From: Harriotta raleighana
Lineage: Eukaryota
DNA: 64,000 nucleotides
Assembly: GCA_050575255.1 (NCBI GenBank)
Contig: JBNZDD010013622.1
Coordinates: 2,510,185 to 2,574,184 of the forward strand
Reading direction: 5' to 3'
Shown here piece after piece: positions 1 through 12,780 of the stretch; position 1 is the first letter of the stretch; every line of letters begins with the position of its first letter. The notes under the pieces are model-generated. The model did not search any database and was not told the DNA's origin. It worked only from the letters and a program-made list of their open reading frames with translations. A program made the position numbers and the translations under genes.

Positions 1-185
1 ACCAGACTCCCTTCTATACTCGTAGGGAGAGTCTCCTTCACAGACGCCCCCAAAACCTGACTTTGAAACCAGGTCTTTGTCATCTTCCCTCCTCCACCCT
101 CCCTGCCTTCCATCTCTCTCTGATCCCAAACTCGGATCCTTGGGATTTCCTGACATGAAAGGCAGTAGAGAAATGCAATTTATCA
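1..185 (+). mobile_element. L2 LINE 3' end fragment
   Basis: C-rich body ending in cttgggatttcctgacatgaaaggc...aaatgcaattt, the tail shared by the other L2 copies in the window. Confidence 0.6.
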
Positions 186-1624
186 TTGTGTTTTGTGAGA
201 TAACTGTTGGAATTGAACCAGCTGAAATTTCACAGGTTTCCGTGGAGAGAATCGTCTGTCTTTCTCACTGCTTGTCCAGCTGGGACCCTACCCTGTAGGG
301 CTTTGACTCAGGAGCTGAGTAGGAAGAATCTCTGCCCGCAGTAGATCGATCCTTCACACCCTCTGCTTCTGCTGTTTCTGCTTCTACTGCAACAAGCATC
401 AAGGAGATCCCATCTGTTGCCTATCTTTTTAATCAGTTTCAAAAGTATGTTGAATCAACAAAGGTTTACAGACAATCAGTACAACAGATTTACCTTGAAA
501 GAAAATAAAGTATTTTTGGAAAATGAAAAATGACTTTTTAGACCTCAAAGACTCCAGGATGTCTGTACTTAAATCAAAGAATCTCAAACCAATCTCTCCT
601 CACAACACTTCTTTAGGAAGATGCATAAATTATGTTGTTAATTTTGTACTAATTATTTCGAAGGAATGAATATGCTGTGGTGACGGTCCTGGAAATTTAT
701 ATTTGTTGCATTAAAAATAATTTCAGGCTATTTTCACTTTTTAAAAAAGATTCTGTTAATTCTCAGTGCAGTGCTGGGGTTAAACTGCGGTCCTGAATAA
801 CGGATTAGTGTCTGTAGGTTAATAATTGTCTTAGTATAGTTAATGTAGCATATCAGTGGCACTAACTTTTTACTGTACTGGTTTATTCATGAGGAAAATG
901 CTCCACAGTGAACATCACAGAAGTGTAGTGTTATTATTATCTTTAAATAATCAATTATTACTCATTTGAGTTGCAGTGTACAGTGCTAACAAATACTTGC
1001 CTTCAGATCATTCAGAAATGGCAAATATTGAAGTGCCTCAAAATAATGTGATATTCATGAAGGTCGAAAGACATCAATATATTTTGTTAATTTCTATTTT
1101 AATTATAAACCGCAATCAAAGAAATTAAAAAAGTGATTGCCTGCAACCAGTGCATCTCTTATTCCAAATAATTTTCAAACCTAACATGATGCGACAGCTA
1201 AACAGTGCCACCTAAAGGATACAATATTTCTTGTGTTGTTGATCATTTTACAGTAATAATAATTCTTGAATTTGATGCAGCTCTCAGCAGCTCTCATCAC
1301 AGGATTGATTTACTGTAAAGTGTAGTGACTGTGTATTGGTTGGCAAGGACAAGGGCAGTGATTTTGAACACAGCAAAGTTTCAAAACCATGAGGTGAAGG
1401 AACAATTGATCTGTCAGATTGTTAGATTATTAGCCAGGATACATTTTTGATTGTATTTTTAATCTTTACCTGAACTGGCTAACATGATCTGAGTGTAAAA
1501 TCTTAACCAACAGACAATACAGCACTCCTCCCATATACAATCAATTCACTTTACGATATATTCTATGAAGCTCCTTGCGACGTCCAGAAAACATGATTAT
1601 TATGTAAGGATTATTATTATTATA

Positions 1625-1943
1625 TCCTGTAGCTCAGTGATTAGAGCACTCACCTTACAAGCGTGAGACCTGTGTGCGAATCCAGGCAGATCAGGGCTAA
1701 ACCTTGGGCAAGTTTCCTTATTCCACAATGCCGAATAATAATCCCTCCAAAAAAAACACGATAATAAAAATTGGTCATTTCAATCGCAACTGTTTGTGGG
1801 ACACTGCTGTGCGCAATTGGCTGCCGCGTTTCACCCATAAATATACAATCAATTCACTTTACAGTATATTCCGTGAAGTGCTTTGAGACGTCAATAAGAT
1901 GTGAAAAGCACAACATCAAATGCAAGGATTCTTATTATTATTA
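1625..1943 (+). mobile_element. Full-length tRNA-derived SINE (dominant family, L2-type tail)
   Basis: tRNA-like head tcctgtagctcagtgattagagc with A/B boxes; body tttgtgggacactgctgtgcgcaattggctgccgcg; tail aaatgcaaggatt(att)n. Confidence 0.9.
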
Positions 1944-2119
1944 CTGCACTAATTGTCAAACTACACAATCAGCTCAAATCCCGATGTGACGCTTTCACCA
2001 ACAAGCATCTAACACAGAGATGAAGATGTTCCCAATAACAGAGGTAAAAACATTGCTTATTCAGAGATGATGGTACAAAGGGCCCCATGTCTTTTTCTTA
2101 CCTCTGATAGTTCTCAGCA

Positions 2120-2400
2120 GCCAGGTGTCAACCTGATTTACTTTTAGGTCAGAAGTGGATTCAAGCCACACTTGGGGACTTTGAACCCGCAATGCAGGCT
2201 GGTGCTCCAATAAAGTGCTTGGGAGTGTACTACATTGCTGAAAGTGCTGTCCTTCGGATGAGATGTGAATCCGAGACGCCATCTCAAATGGAAGTTAAAG
2301 ATCCCATTGCAATTTTGTATTCGAAAAGAAAAGGGGAGTTCTCAAGGTTTATGTGCAATAACATTATTTACCACCAGGGGTCACATCAACTCCATAAATA
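2120..2400 (+). mobile_element. Old Deu-domain SINE (SacSINE1/AmnSINE-like)
   Basis: gggagtg..cattgctgaaagtgctgtccttcggatgagatg...gttaaagatcccattgc...ggggagttctc resembles the DeuSINE central domain. Confidence 0.7.
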
Positions 2401-2477
2401 ACAGATTGGTCTCCCAAAATATTCCATTGAAGTTGTGTAAGTAAAAAATAAAATAAAGAAATAAAAGTCCAAATAAA

Positions 2478-2658
2478 ACCACAATAATAAAATTGGTCAT
2501 TTCAATCCATGATTGTTTGTGGGAAACTGCTGTGCGCAATTAGTTGCCACGTTTTGACTACATTATACATTCAATTCACTTTACAGTATATTCTGTGTAT
2601 TGCTTTGAGATGTCTAAAAGACCAGAAAAGCGCTATATCAAATGCAAGGATTATTATG
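2478..2658 (+). mobile_element. SINE, 5'-truncated
   Basis: Body and tail match the copy at 1625-1943. Confidence 0.85.
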
Positions 2659-2856
2659 TATAATATAGTTTACATTTAGGAAAGAGCAAGGATAGATGCA
2701 AAGACTGTGAGAAGATTGAAAGGAATGGATACAAACCAAATGATTCGGAAATTGAATACATAGAGCAAAATGCTCCAGTGTTACTTAAGGTTGTTTATAT
2801 CTGGTGACAGTTTATTGAATCATCGCACTTTGCAGTTTCAGTCCTGTTTTGCTCCA

Positions 2857-3245
2857 TTTCCATAACTGAAAACATTTTTTTATTAAAAAAAAGGTCAATT
2901 TGGATAAAAATGGGCTTTGTTCCATGTGAGAGAAATGAAATGGTTGCATCAATTCATTTTGACATCTGAAAATTGAGGAGGGTGGGGGGGAACAACGGGA
3001 TGTAATCTGATTGTTGGGTTCACAAGCCAAATGCAAAACAATGTGTGTNAATTTCCATAACTGAAAACATTTTTTTTATTAAAAAAAAGGTCAATTTGGA
3101 TAAAAATAGGCTTTGTTCCATGTGAGAGAAATGAAATGGTTGCATCAATTCATTTTGACATCTGAAAATTGAGGAGGGTGGGGGGGAACAACGGGATGTA
3201 ATCTGATTGTTGGGTTCACAAGCCAAATGCAAAACAATGTGTGTT
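2857..3245. repeat. About 190-bp tandem duplication across a single N (probable contig-overlap artefact)
   Basis: 2857-3048 is nearly identical to 3052-3245, with N at 3049. Confidence 0.85.
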
Positions 3246-4524
3246 GGGTTAAACCGTGAGCAAACATGTGCACATGCCCCCAAGTAATATGAGTAAGAAC
3301 CAAGGTCAAGGATTTCAGAGATGTTTGGAATTCTTTTATTCAGTTGTTAATTACATAATTAAGGGAAGCTACAATTAACCATTTGGAAGCAGTTAATGCA
3401 ATTTGCAAATTAGACCCATTATCAAGTAGCGTTTTTTTTCTCTCCTTTTCTGTGGGGTCAACTCAGAGCAAATTGAGCCAGGATTTTGTGAAGAGTGAAG
3501 CAGGTCTCCAAGCAAGAGCATTGGCGCTGCATCGATTAACATCTTCAGAAAGGATTGGATTTGGCTCTGCTGCGGATAGAATGACAGGTGCAGAATAACA
3601 TGAAAACACACTGCATTGATTTCTGTGAGGTGTAAGCCAGTAAAGGGGGGAGGGAGGGAGAGAAAGGGTTGATGACAGAAGACAACAAACACAAGATGAA
3701 TAGTGGAGATGTGAGGATGGATGAATATACAGCTCGGCACAAGCATTTTAATATATTTTGTGGGGGGAGAAATAGTGCAAAAGGAATGTTGCAACAGCTC
3801 TAACTTGTTTGGAGTAATTTGATGGGAAAGATCCGAGAAGTCAGAGGAACCACACACAGGTTCCAAGGTATGGCCTTGGTATAAAAAAGGCAATTCCTCC
3901 AAGTCACTGCGTGTATCAATATTTCATATTCAGCCGCTTTTTATCAAAGCGAGCTTCGCTAATTAAAAATAATTGACTCTCCATGCCAATTGGGTTTGTC
4001 AGAAACGATGTGTCTGCTATCCATTGTTGACATGTTCATTACAATCTGGTTCAATTCATGCTGTGTACAGGTCACTGTCTCTAATTTTATTTTGAGGAAG
4101 TAATTAGAAGTAAATGCTGTATTTTTTTTCCCATCTGTGCCAATTAGCAGCAGTCTCTGGGTTGAGAGGCTGGATTCCAATCTCTAACCAGTCAGACGGG
4201 CCTTTGAAGAGTACACAAGGAAACTGGCCGTTTGCGATGGCAGTGGTTGAGATTGGATGATTGGCTTCCTTCTGGGCCTGTCATTTCCATGTTTCTAACA
4301 GGATTGGATTAAATCACCAGAGAGGTTGATTGAAGAAGGTAACTTTAAGACCACTGGATCTCTGCCTTCCAGCACTAAACTGCATTTTGCACTTTTTGAC
4401 TAATAGAAAATTATCTTCAAAACATTAAAAATTTGGAAATACAGCATGTGGCGAAATGATACGAAATGGAGCGAATAATTGAAGTGCAATTTCTAAACAA
4501 GGGCATTAATATGTTAAATTGGAA

Positions 4525-4787
4525 TCCTGTAGCTCAGTGGTTAGAGCACTCGCCTTCCAAGCGAGAGACCTAGGTTCAATTCCAGGCAGGGTGAGTTTCC
4601 TCACTCCAATAATATCTCCAAAAAAAAATTTGGTCACTCAATCCACTATTGTTTGTGGACACTGTTGTGCACAATTTCATCCACGAATATACAGTAAATT
4701 CACTTTACAGTATATTCTGTGAAGCACTTTGAGACGTCTAGAAGATGTGAGAAATATATCAAATACAAGGATTATCATCATTATTAT
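4525..4787 (+). mobile_element. SINE with internal deletions
   Basis: Head tcctgtagctcagtggttagagcactcgcc plus family tail. Confidence 0.85.
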
Positions 4788-6069
4788 ATACTTTGAGATG
4801 TTCTGATGTGATAAGGTGATATGTCAAATCTGGACTGGAATAGAAAAAATCTAAATTGATTAAAATGAGTAATTTTACCAGTGAAACCAGACTGAGCTAG
4901 TGAGTCTAGGATGGATGACAATGAACCCAGATCTTTGCTGACAATTGACACCACAAAACTAACGGTTAAACACTGAAAAGGTTAACTTTAAAAGTTCCTA
5001 AACTGCTTTCGAGTTGTTTTTGTAATGTTATTACAGAGGGAGAGAAAAGATTCAAGCTTCACTATCTCTTTAATACTATTACAATTTATTTGTTGAGAAG
5101 CCGCTTTCAAATAGAGAAATAATTGTCAAAAAAAGTCCTCTTCCACACAAACTATTTTAGTCATCACTATTGAAACCATGTAAGCTAGATATACTTGACT
5201 AAATATGTATTATATATACTTCCTCAGAATATAAAAAAATCTACCAGAAACTATGGTAAAGAATAAAACCTCTATTGTACAATATGTTGTTGGAAGGGAA
5301 TATAAATTAAATTCACCCACAAATATACAGTCAATTCCCATATGTTCTGTCAAGCGCTTTGCGACATCTAGAAGACGTGAGCAGTGCTATATCAAATGCA
5401 AGGATGATTCCTTTTATTCTTATTAAATCCACTTGTGAGCCAGACCCGCCAATAATGCAATGTAACCCACCCAGAGACACCTGGTCAAACTGCTCACATG
5501 TGAAGACAGTGCAGTGGTTTCCAGGGGAGAGACATGTGTTTTGACAGCAGATCCATGGCCCTGACATTGAGCTGTGACTGGGCAGCTCTGAGCTGGAGCT
5601 AAAGTTACTGTCATGTCGCGACACAGACAATTCCATTCAAACTGAAGTGTTTCCATTGCAAGAATCAGAGCATTCAGTTTTTACAATGTGCAACTCGTGC
5701 AAACACTTTGGGGATTGGAAATGTTTCTAATTTCCTCATTGGAATGTGAGTTTTTTGTTGTTAAGATGTTGAATAATTGCAGATAATTCAATAATTGCAG
5801 ATGTTGAATATTTGCAAGAAATATAATTTTCTTCTTATGTTCCCTTCCAACAACATAATACACAATAGAGCTTTATGTTTAAACACAGTGGGGATGGGGT
5901 GGGGGGGATAGAGTATGTAATGGTTTATTATTATACAAAACAATATCTGATGTTTGCAGCTTTTTCTGAATCCCAGTTACCAGCTTTACTGTCACTTTAT
6001 TATTACATCTGTGAATGTTGATGGGAATCTGCTCAGAGTCGAACTCACAAACACAACTTACTGGCAGAA

Positions 6070-6370
6070 TATGGTGGGGGGAAGAGGGTGAGAGTGGTGA
6101 GAGAGAGAAAAGGAAGGGGAAGAGAAAGAGAGGGGGAGGGAGGGAAAGGGAGAGAAAGTTGGAGAGGGAGTGAGGGAGACAGAGAGAGGGGGATGGTGGG
6201 GTGGAGAGAATGATAAGAGTGTGTGTTGTGTGTGTGGTGGGGTGGGAGAGACACATACACCAAACACACAGCAGAGATCAGAAGGAGGAGGGGTAAGATA
6301 CTCTTTCTAGAGTCAGTGTTTAATGAAAAAGGAGAGGTAAACTGAGACAGAGAGAGAGAGAGAGACCTAG
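6070..6370. repeat. GA-rich low-complexity tract and (GA)n
   Basis: Direct inspection. Confidence 0.8.
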
Positions 6371-6379
6371 AAAGTTTGA

Positions 6380-6530
6380 GATGGAAGCAGCTGCTTATTG
6401 TGCAGTTTCCTGGCAGTCGATGGAGTGATTGATAACGATCAGTTTCACTACAGAACTCAACTGTGATACTGAGCTGATGCTGTGCTCTCAGGGAGGGATA
6501 GTGGCTGAAAACAGCTTCTCAACAGGACCT
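6380..6530 (+). other. Candidate non-coding first exon of PIRT (5' end uncertain)
   Basis: Unique sequence ending at donor cct|GTAAGT (6531); the PIRT ATG sits just after a splice acceptor, so an upstream exon is required. Confidence 0.45.
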
Positions 6531-6539
6531 GTAAGTAGT

Positions 6540-6890
6540 GTCTATTTATATATATATTTATATACAGATTATAATGTATATTTATCTAGAGTAGTGTATA
6601 TTATATAGTGTATATACTGTATATAGTGTACTATATACTGTGTGTTTATTGTGTACTGTATATACTGTGTGTTTATAGTGTATTGTATGTACTGTATACT
6701 GTATATACACAGTTATATAGAGTATCGTATATATTTATAGTGTACTGTATATATTTATATAGAGTATTGTGTTTATATTGTATATTTATAGAGCGTACTG
6801 CATACGCTCTATGTTTATTTAGAGTATTGTGTATGTTCATAGAGTATTCTGTATTTACTGTATATTTATTACAACATTATGCCTACTAGT
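6540..6890. repeat. TA-rich degenerate minisatellite
   Basis: Repeated tatatttatagagtattgtg-like units. Confidence 0.8.
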
Positions 6891-7061
6891 AAATGTCAGT
6901 GGCAATAGGCTTCCAAAAAAGATAAGTGAGCGAGTGTCAATTTGAGTGGGTTTTACGCTTCTGTGCTATTTTAGCTATTTTAGCAAATATTCCATTCATA
7001 TTGGGATGATTAGCACATGTCAGATTTAGAATTGTGGAGTGCCTGTTTAGTATTCGGGAAT

Positions 7062-7570
7062 TCCTGTAGCATATTTGTTAAGAATACTCACCTCACAAGC
7101 GAAAGGACCCAGGTTCGATTCCTGGGCAGGGCAAAACCTTACTCCACATTTTTTTATTTATTATATTTATATAGCGCCTTTCACGTCAGGAGGACGTCCC
7201 AAGGCGCTGTACAGTCAAGTGGGGGGAGGGGTCGGGGGAAGAAAAGCAGGAAAATACTGACTGTATATTTGTGGGCGAAACATGCCTCTGTTTATTTAGC
7301 AATAAGTAGAGAGAGAGAACCCGGTTGTTAGTCTGTTGGTAGATCACTTTTCGGGGGGGGTAATAATCTCTTTTAAAATTAGTAATTGTGGTCCCTCAAC
7401 CCACAACTGTTTATGGATTGCTGTGGTGTGCAATTAACTGCTGCGTATATCATTAATTGATATACAGTCAATTAATTTTACAGTATATTCTGTGAATTGC
7501 TTTGATAATGATGTGATAAGGCTTTGCAATGACTTCCCAACATGAAATGCTCTCTATAAGGAATGTTATT
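7062..7570 (+). mobile_element. Long-form SINE interrupted by an antisense L2 tail (about 7160-7250)
   Basis: tRNA head, extra internal segment gcctctgtttatttagcaataagtag...aacccg, family tail. Confidence 0.7.
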
Positions 7571-7774
7571 ATTTACTGTTTATTTGCCCTGATTGCTGTG
7601 TTGGCAATGAGAGGGCATTGATTTAAGATTACGGATGAGGTTAGGGAACAACTAGTGAGTGGGAAACAAGCCTGAGATGGTGCCTATTGATGCTGGGAAT
7701 CTGCCCAGGACTGAGTAGGATGTATTCAAGGTAGATTAAGTGGCTCAATCTGCACAGAAGCGAAGCATTGAGTC

Positions 7775-8110
7775 AATAATCCTTGATGTTGCATTTCATA
7801 CAGCGCCTTAGTACATCATTCAGCTATCTCAAAATACTTCACGTAACATATTGTAAAGTGATTTGACTGTATATTTTGAGAACAAAACGCAGCAGCCGTT
7901 TGTGCACAGCAGTGTCCCATAAACCGCCATGGATTGAGTAACCAAATTATTAATTTTTTTTATGATGGGATTATTACTCCCAGAAAGCGATCAGTTAATC
8001 AACTAACAAACGGGTTCCTACTTAGTGCCAGGTAAACAGAGGCGTGTGGAGTAAGGAAACCTGGAATCAAGTCTGTGTTCGTAATATTCTCAACAGGAGC
8101 TACTCACTCT
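7775..8110 (-). mobile_element. Long-form SINE
   Basis: Reverse complement of the family tail and head, with the extra internal segment. Confidence 0.7.
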
Positions 8111-8289
8111 CTTGCTAACCTCCCCCAAACACAACACTACTATATTTAACACTACAGCATTCAAAGCTCTGATTGTACCCAGTATTGAGGAGTGGGATTA
8201 GGAATCCAGTCGGGTTTCTTCTCCCCTGTGGAATTAATCCACTATGAACAGAGACGGAGAAAGTGAGACTGCATTCCACTTTAACAAAC

Positions 8290-8400
8290 GGAAACTGAGG
8301 GATGAACTTAATCAAGGTTTTTAAAATGATGAGGGAGGGGTTTTGAGAGTCAGTAAAGAGAAATTATTTCCATTGGATATAAATTTAAAATAGTTAGCAA
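8290..8400 (+). mobile_element. CR1 LINE fragment
   Basis: aatcaaggtttttaaaatgatgagg...aaagagaaattatttccattgg resembles the CR1 ORF2 3' end. Confidence 0.5.
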
Positions 8401-8404
8401 ATGG

Positions 8405-8660
8405 GGAGAAATCTTGAGCAAGTTTCCTTACTCCTCACGCCTAATAATAATCCCACTCATCCCCGCCCACCCCAAAAAAACGCACAAAAATAAATTGGTC
8501 ATTTCAATCCATGACTGTCTGTGGGACACCCCTGCATTTCACCCACAAATATACAGTCAATTCACTTTACCATACATTCAGTGAAGCACTTTGAGACGTC
8601 TAGAAGATGTGAAAAGTGCTATATCAAATGCAAGGATTATTATTATTATTTATTATTATT
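8405..8660 (+). mobile_element. SINE, 5'-truncated
   Basis: Family body and (att)n tail. Confidence 0.85.
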
Positions 8661-8927
8661 TGTGTTTCACATAGTGTAGTTAAGATACAGAATGGTCTGT
8701 CAGGAGTGATGTCAGGCATTGTACATGATGAGTTTTCAAAAAGGAACTACTGTATATAGATATATAATAAAGAGCAAACTACAGGGTTATAAGGTAAAGG
8801 TAGTTTAACGCTCCTTAAAAGTGCTGGCACATACACAATGGGATGGACGCCTTTTTCTGTGTTGTAAATTTCTGTTGTTCTATAAACCACCTTCAATGAA
8901 AGCATGCAAGCAAAAGTCAGAGTTGTT

Positions 8928-8958
<31 letters not shown>

Positions 8959-9907
8959 TGCACAGAATGTGGATTTGCGAGACTTGCCAGCCAGTATACT
9001 CATAAAGGAGTTAGATAAGCGCTTAAACCACCAAAGTGGATCTCAAGTGGTTCCTAGCAGCAATCGCAAATCACTCAAGTCAATCTGATATTTTTTATAA
9101 CAATATTAACCGAGAAATTATTGGACGGATTTTCACTCTGTGTTTAATCTGCTTCTTCTGTCAGTGACTGTTGTGTGATCGCAGGCCACACTGAGAACGT
9201 ATTGATTGTCATGCCAGCCGCACATTACTCAATCAGTCTGCACAGTCTGACAAACATTCCTGCTTGATTTGACAACAGGAAAAGGCACAACCTTTGTCTG
9301 CTCTATAAAAAGCCCAGTCCTGGCTAACGTCAAGACTTATTTTGTCTGTGATGGAATGATGGCTTGGCTGCTTGTGGAACTTTGCTGTACCCAAACTGGC
9401 TGTGGTGTACAACTGCGAACACACAGTCACTACACTTCGCAGTAAAAAAATTGTGAAGCACTTTGAGATATCTCGTCGACGTGATAAAGCACTATATTAA
9501 AAGCAAGGATTGTTGTTGTTGTTGTCATCTTTGGCATTGAAACAAAAAGCCCTGTTTGGGCAAAAAAAAGTAACTTAGCAAACTTTGTTTTGTTTATAAA
9601 TGCCATGAGGTTTATAAATGCCATGCACGAAAATATATTTTTATTCTAATTGTGAAGATGCTCAGTGAGGACTGAACAATCACTTTGGAAGCTGGATCTC
9701 TTCAGTCCTCAAAAGAGGTGTAGTTGTGGGAACTTTATAGAAGTATTTAAGATTCCAAATGGGTTTGAAAAAAAGTAAACCCAGAACTCACACGTTGCGA
9801 GGCAAAGGACCTTTTTCATCCCCCACAAAACCACCTCTGGTGGAAACTGTATTCAAATCATGTGTTTCTTTAATCCAGAGACAGATCCATCTACTCCAGA
9901 GGCTACG

Positions 9908-10309
9908 ATGGAAATGAGTTCAACTGAAAACTTTGACTTGGGTATAAGGTCCTATTCGGAGTCAAACGATCTCCTGACCAGCCAGACGGTGAGTACCTTG
10001 TACAGCAGCTCCCGGAGTGAATCCCTGTGGGCCTTGGAACGTCGGAGCGCCTGGGAGATTTACCACAAACCCATCATCATCATGTCTGTCGGAGGAGCGT
10101 TCTTTCTTTTCGGCTGTGTACTGACCGGATTGTATTTTGCGGGGATCAACAAGAAAACGTGCAACTTGCTGGGGCCCGCGGCCCTGTCCATCGGTCTGAT
10201 GTTCCTGGTTTATGGATTGGTCTGGGTCCCCATCATCAAGGAGAAGAGACAACAGAAGTCAATATCGAAATTCTACAGGAATCAAAAGATGTCCTTCATC
10301 CACCTGTGA
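9908..10309 (+). CDS. PIRT: Phosphoinositide-interacting regulator of TRP channels, 133 aa, single coding exon
   Basis: DLLTSQTVSTLYSSSRSESLW..WEIYHKPIIIMSVGGA..LSIGLMFLVYGLVWVPIIKEK matches recalled human PIRT; two TM helices and a basic C-tail; Kozak acgATGg; acceptor tttctttaatccAG at 9878. Confidence 0.93.
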   Translation: MEMSSTENFDLGIRSYSESNDLLTSQTVSTLYSSSRSESLWALERRSAWEIYHKPIIIMSVGGAFFLFGCVLTGLYFAGINKKTCNLLGPAALSIGLMFLVYGLVWVPIIKEKRQQKSISKFYRNQKMSFIHL

Positions 10310-11269
10310 GAAGCGATTGAGTGGATTGCACTCTTACTGTCCTGTCAAACTGTTGGCATTCCGCAACCGGGATCCATGCTAATGGTCACTGTGCGTCGGA
10401 GATTTCTGTTGAGTCAGCGATCGATATGTGTGTACCTGGGGAAAGATTGGGGGTTACCTCACTCTGCAAGTATTTCCTTGAAACCAATGAAACCAGGATG
10501 AGAGACTTCCAACAAGGTCCTGGGCAATGATGGCCCATTGAGCTGAACTTATGTTGGAATGGGATTAGTTAAACATTGAGAATTGGGTAGATTGCATGGC
10601 ATGGCTCATCAGAGCAGATCATTTCTGACTGTAAAGCCCCTGAAGCCACAAAGGATTGGAAATCCTGCATGTTATTGCTGGATCAGACAATCTGACAGCT
10701 AAGGGTCATCAATTGCCTATGTCAATATCATCGTAGATAAGGGAACAGTTGATCTTATCCATGGGCCATTTGGCAATGCTGCATGTTTGTGATTAAGAGC
10801 AGGGTACTGTGTATCCTGGGTCATTTGCAAAGGTGTAACTTTTGCTCAGTTAATTGGACGCAAACGCATTTGGCAAGTGCATGCTCAGTTTAAAAAAACT
10901 CTGTAGCCAACTGGATCTGGACTAAGAACTGTAAGTGTTACATGTAAATGTTACATCAGCCAATGATAAATTACACACTACGTTTCCTGTGTGGAGCATA
11001 TCACCATCAATGTCGCAAATCGCCTCCCTTAAACATTGTCTTTTCCCATAAATGTGCACAAACAAACCCACAGATTCCTTGTTTCTTTGAAGCTTGCGAG
11101 TTGATACTAAGTTATTATTACTATGATTATTATTATTATTATTAAGTTAAACCAAGTAGAAAATCCTGCCAATCCATTTTACTTGGAAGTACCCTCCACT
11201 CCACCATTGGAGTTTGAAGCCCAGTCACCACACCCTGTGCTCTAGTATTCTCTATCCCCACATTGCCTC

Positions 11270-11460
11270 CTTCATTAATCCTTCAAGACAAAAAAGAATA
11301 AATTGGTCATTTCAATCCACAACTGTTTGTGGGTCACTGTTATGCGCATTTTGCCCACAAATGTACAGTCAATTCATTTTACAGTAAATTTTGTGAAGTG
11401 CTTTGAGACGCCTAGAAGACATGAAAAGCACGATATCAAATGCAATGATTCTTCTGATCT
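11270..11460 (+). mobile_element. SINE, 5'-truncated
   Basis: Family body and tail. Confidence 0.85.
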
Positions 11461-11789
11461 ATTACTGCCTCACTTCCTCTCTCTCAGCCATTGAATTCAG
11501 TGAAGACTCTTCACCAGTGCCTTTGCTCACCTCTAAAGTCTTCCCAATACTTATTTGGTGACTCCTGCTCCTTTGTTATGTGCAGTGCAAATACAAGTTA
11601 AACCCTTAAGGATAATAATCCTTGCCTGTAGTAGGATTATTATCCGCCAATCGACTAACAATCGGGTTCCTTCTTACTGCTGGGCAAACAACAACAGCAA
11701 CCACAACAAACAGGCGTGTGGGGTAAGGAAACATGTCTAAGGTCGTCTTGTGTCGACTTCAGTGAAACGATGGGAGGAAAATATGACTA

Positions 11790-12142
11790 TTATCCTCCCA
11801 ACCTCAAACGGAAGCCTTGCCCAGCTCCACGTCCCTCCGAGCCAACCCGCCTCACCATTGGCGGACGAGCCATTAGCCACTCTGCCCCCGACCTCTGGAA
11901 CTCTCCATCCCGCAGTCCCTCCGCCTCGCCCCCCTCTCCCTGGCCTCCTTCAAGTCCCACCTCAAGAAAGACTCTCCTCTTCGATGGTCCCATCTGCGAC
12001 TCCTAATCCCCCATCTTTCCCTTCATCCCTCCCGCCCCTGACCCTAGCTCGGGTCTGACACAGTGACTGTCCAGCGCCTTGGGACGTCCTTCGGACATGA
12101 AAGGCGTTATACAAGTGAGATTTTGTTGTTGTTGTTGTTGTT
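11790..12142 (+). mobile_element. L2 LINE 3' fragment
   Basis: Translates as TIGGRAISHSAPDLWNS (L2 ORF2 C-terminus); tail cagcgccttgggacgtcc..gaaaggcg..(ttg)n. Confidence 0.85.
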
Positions 12143-12329
12143 GGACTGAGCTATTGTACTTGAATTTTCCAACTCAGCTGAAATGGAGCTGCTTTCATTG
12201 CATTCACAGCCCAGGGCAGAAACACAGAAGCTTTGCAATGTTTTCAACAGAAAACGAAAAACATTTGAACGGAATAACTTTCAATGAAAAACAAAGTCAC
12301 TTTTAAAAATGTCTGAAAGCTCAGTCCAT

Positions 12330-12780
12330 TGTGTGTGCGTGTGAGTGGGTTTGTTTGTGGGTGTGATTGTGTGTGTTTGTGAGTGCGGATGTGAGTGACT
12401 GTGTGTTGATGTGGGTTTACGTGTGAGTATTTGTGAGCGAGTGTGTGAGTGTTTGAGTGAATGAATGCGTCTGGGTGTTTGTCTGTCTGTGAGAGTGGGA
12501 TGGGAGTGTGTGTGTTTATGAGTGTGTGTGTGTTCGTCTGTCTGTGTGTGAGGGTGAGTGTGTTTGTTTGTGAGTGAGTGAGAGTGCGAGTATGTGTAAG
12601 TGTGTGAGTGTGTCTGTGTGTGAGAGTGCGAGTGTGTGTTTATACGCACGAATAGGTGTGTGTGTGTGTCTGTGAGTGTGATTGTGTGTGTGCATGCCTG
12701 TGTGTGTGTATGTGTCTGTCTGAGTGACTGTCTGAGAGAGTGTGAATGTGAATGATTGAGGGAGGGAGTGAGTGAGTATA
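12330..12780. repeat. Degenerate (GT/GA)n microsatellite
   Basis: Direct inspection. Confidence 0.85.

Noticed and set aside
270-425. Possible minus-strand terminal exon (ATDGISLMLVAVEAETAEAEG...)
   Set aside because: Short, no recognisable homology, weak acceptor
1625-1700. tRNA genes (also at 4525, 16869, 21124, 37130, 59963)
   Set aside because: These are SINE heads: the anticodon loop varies, the acceptor stem is imperfect, and each is followed by the SINE body
2857-3245. Biological tandem duplication
   Set aside because: The two copies are separated by a single N, typical of unmerged overlapping contigs; the same pattern occurs at 37635
9860-9907. N-terminal extension of PIRT from the ATG at 9860
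   Set aside because: That ATG lies upstream of the splice acceptor at 9878; the ATG at 9908 has a strong Kozak context and gives the expected length
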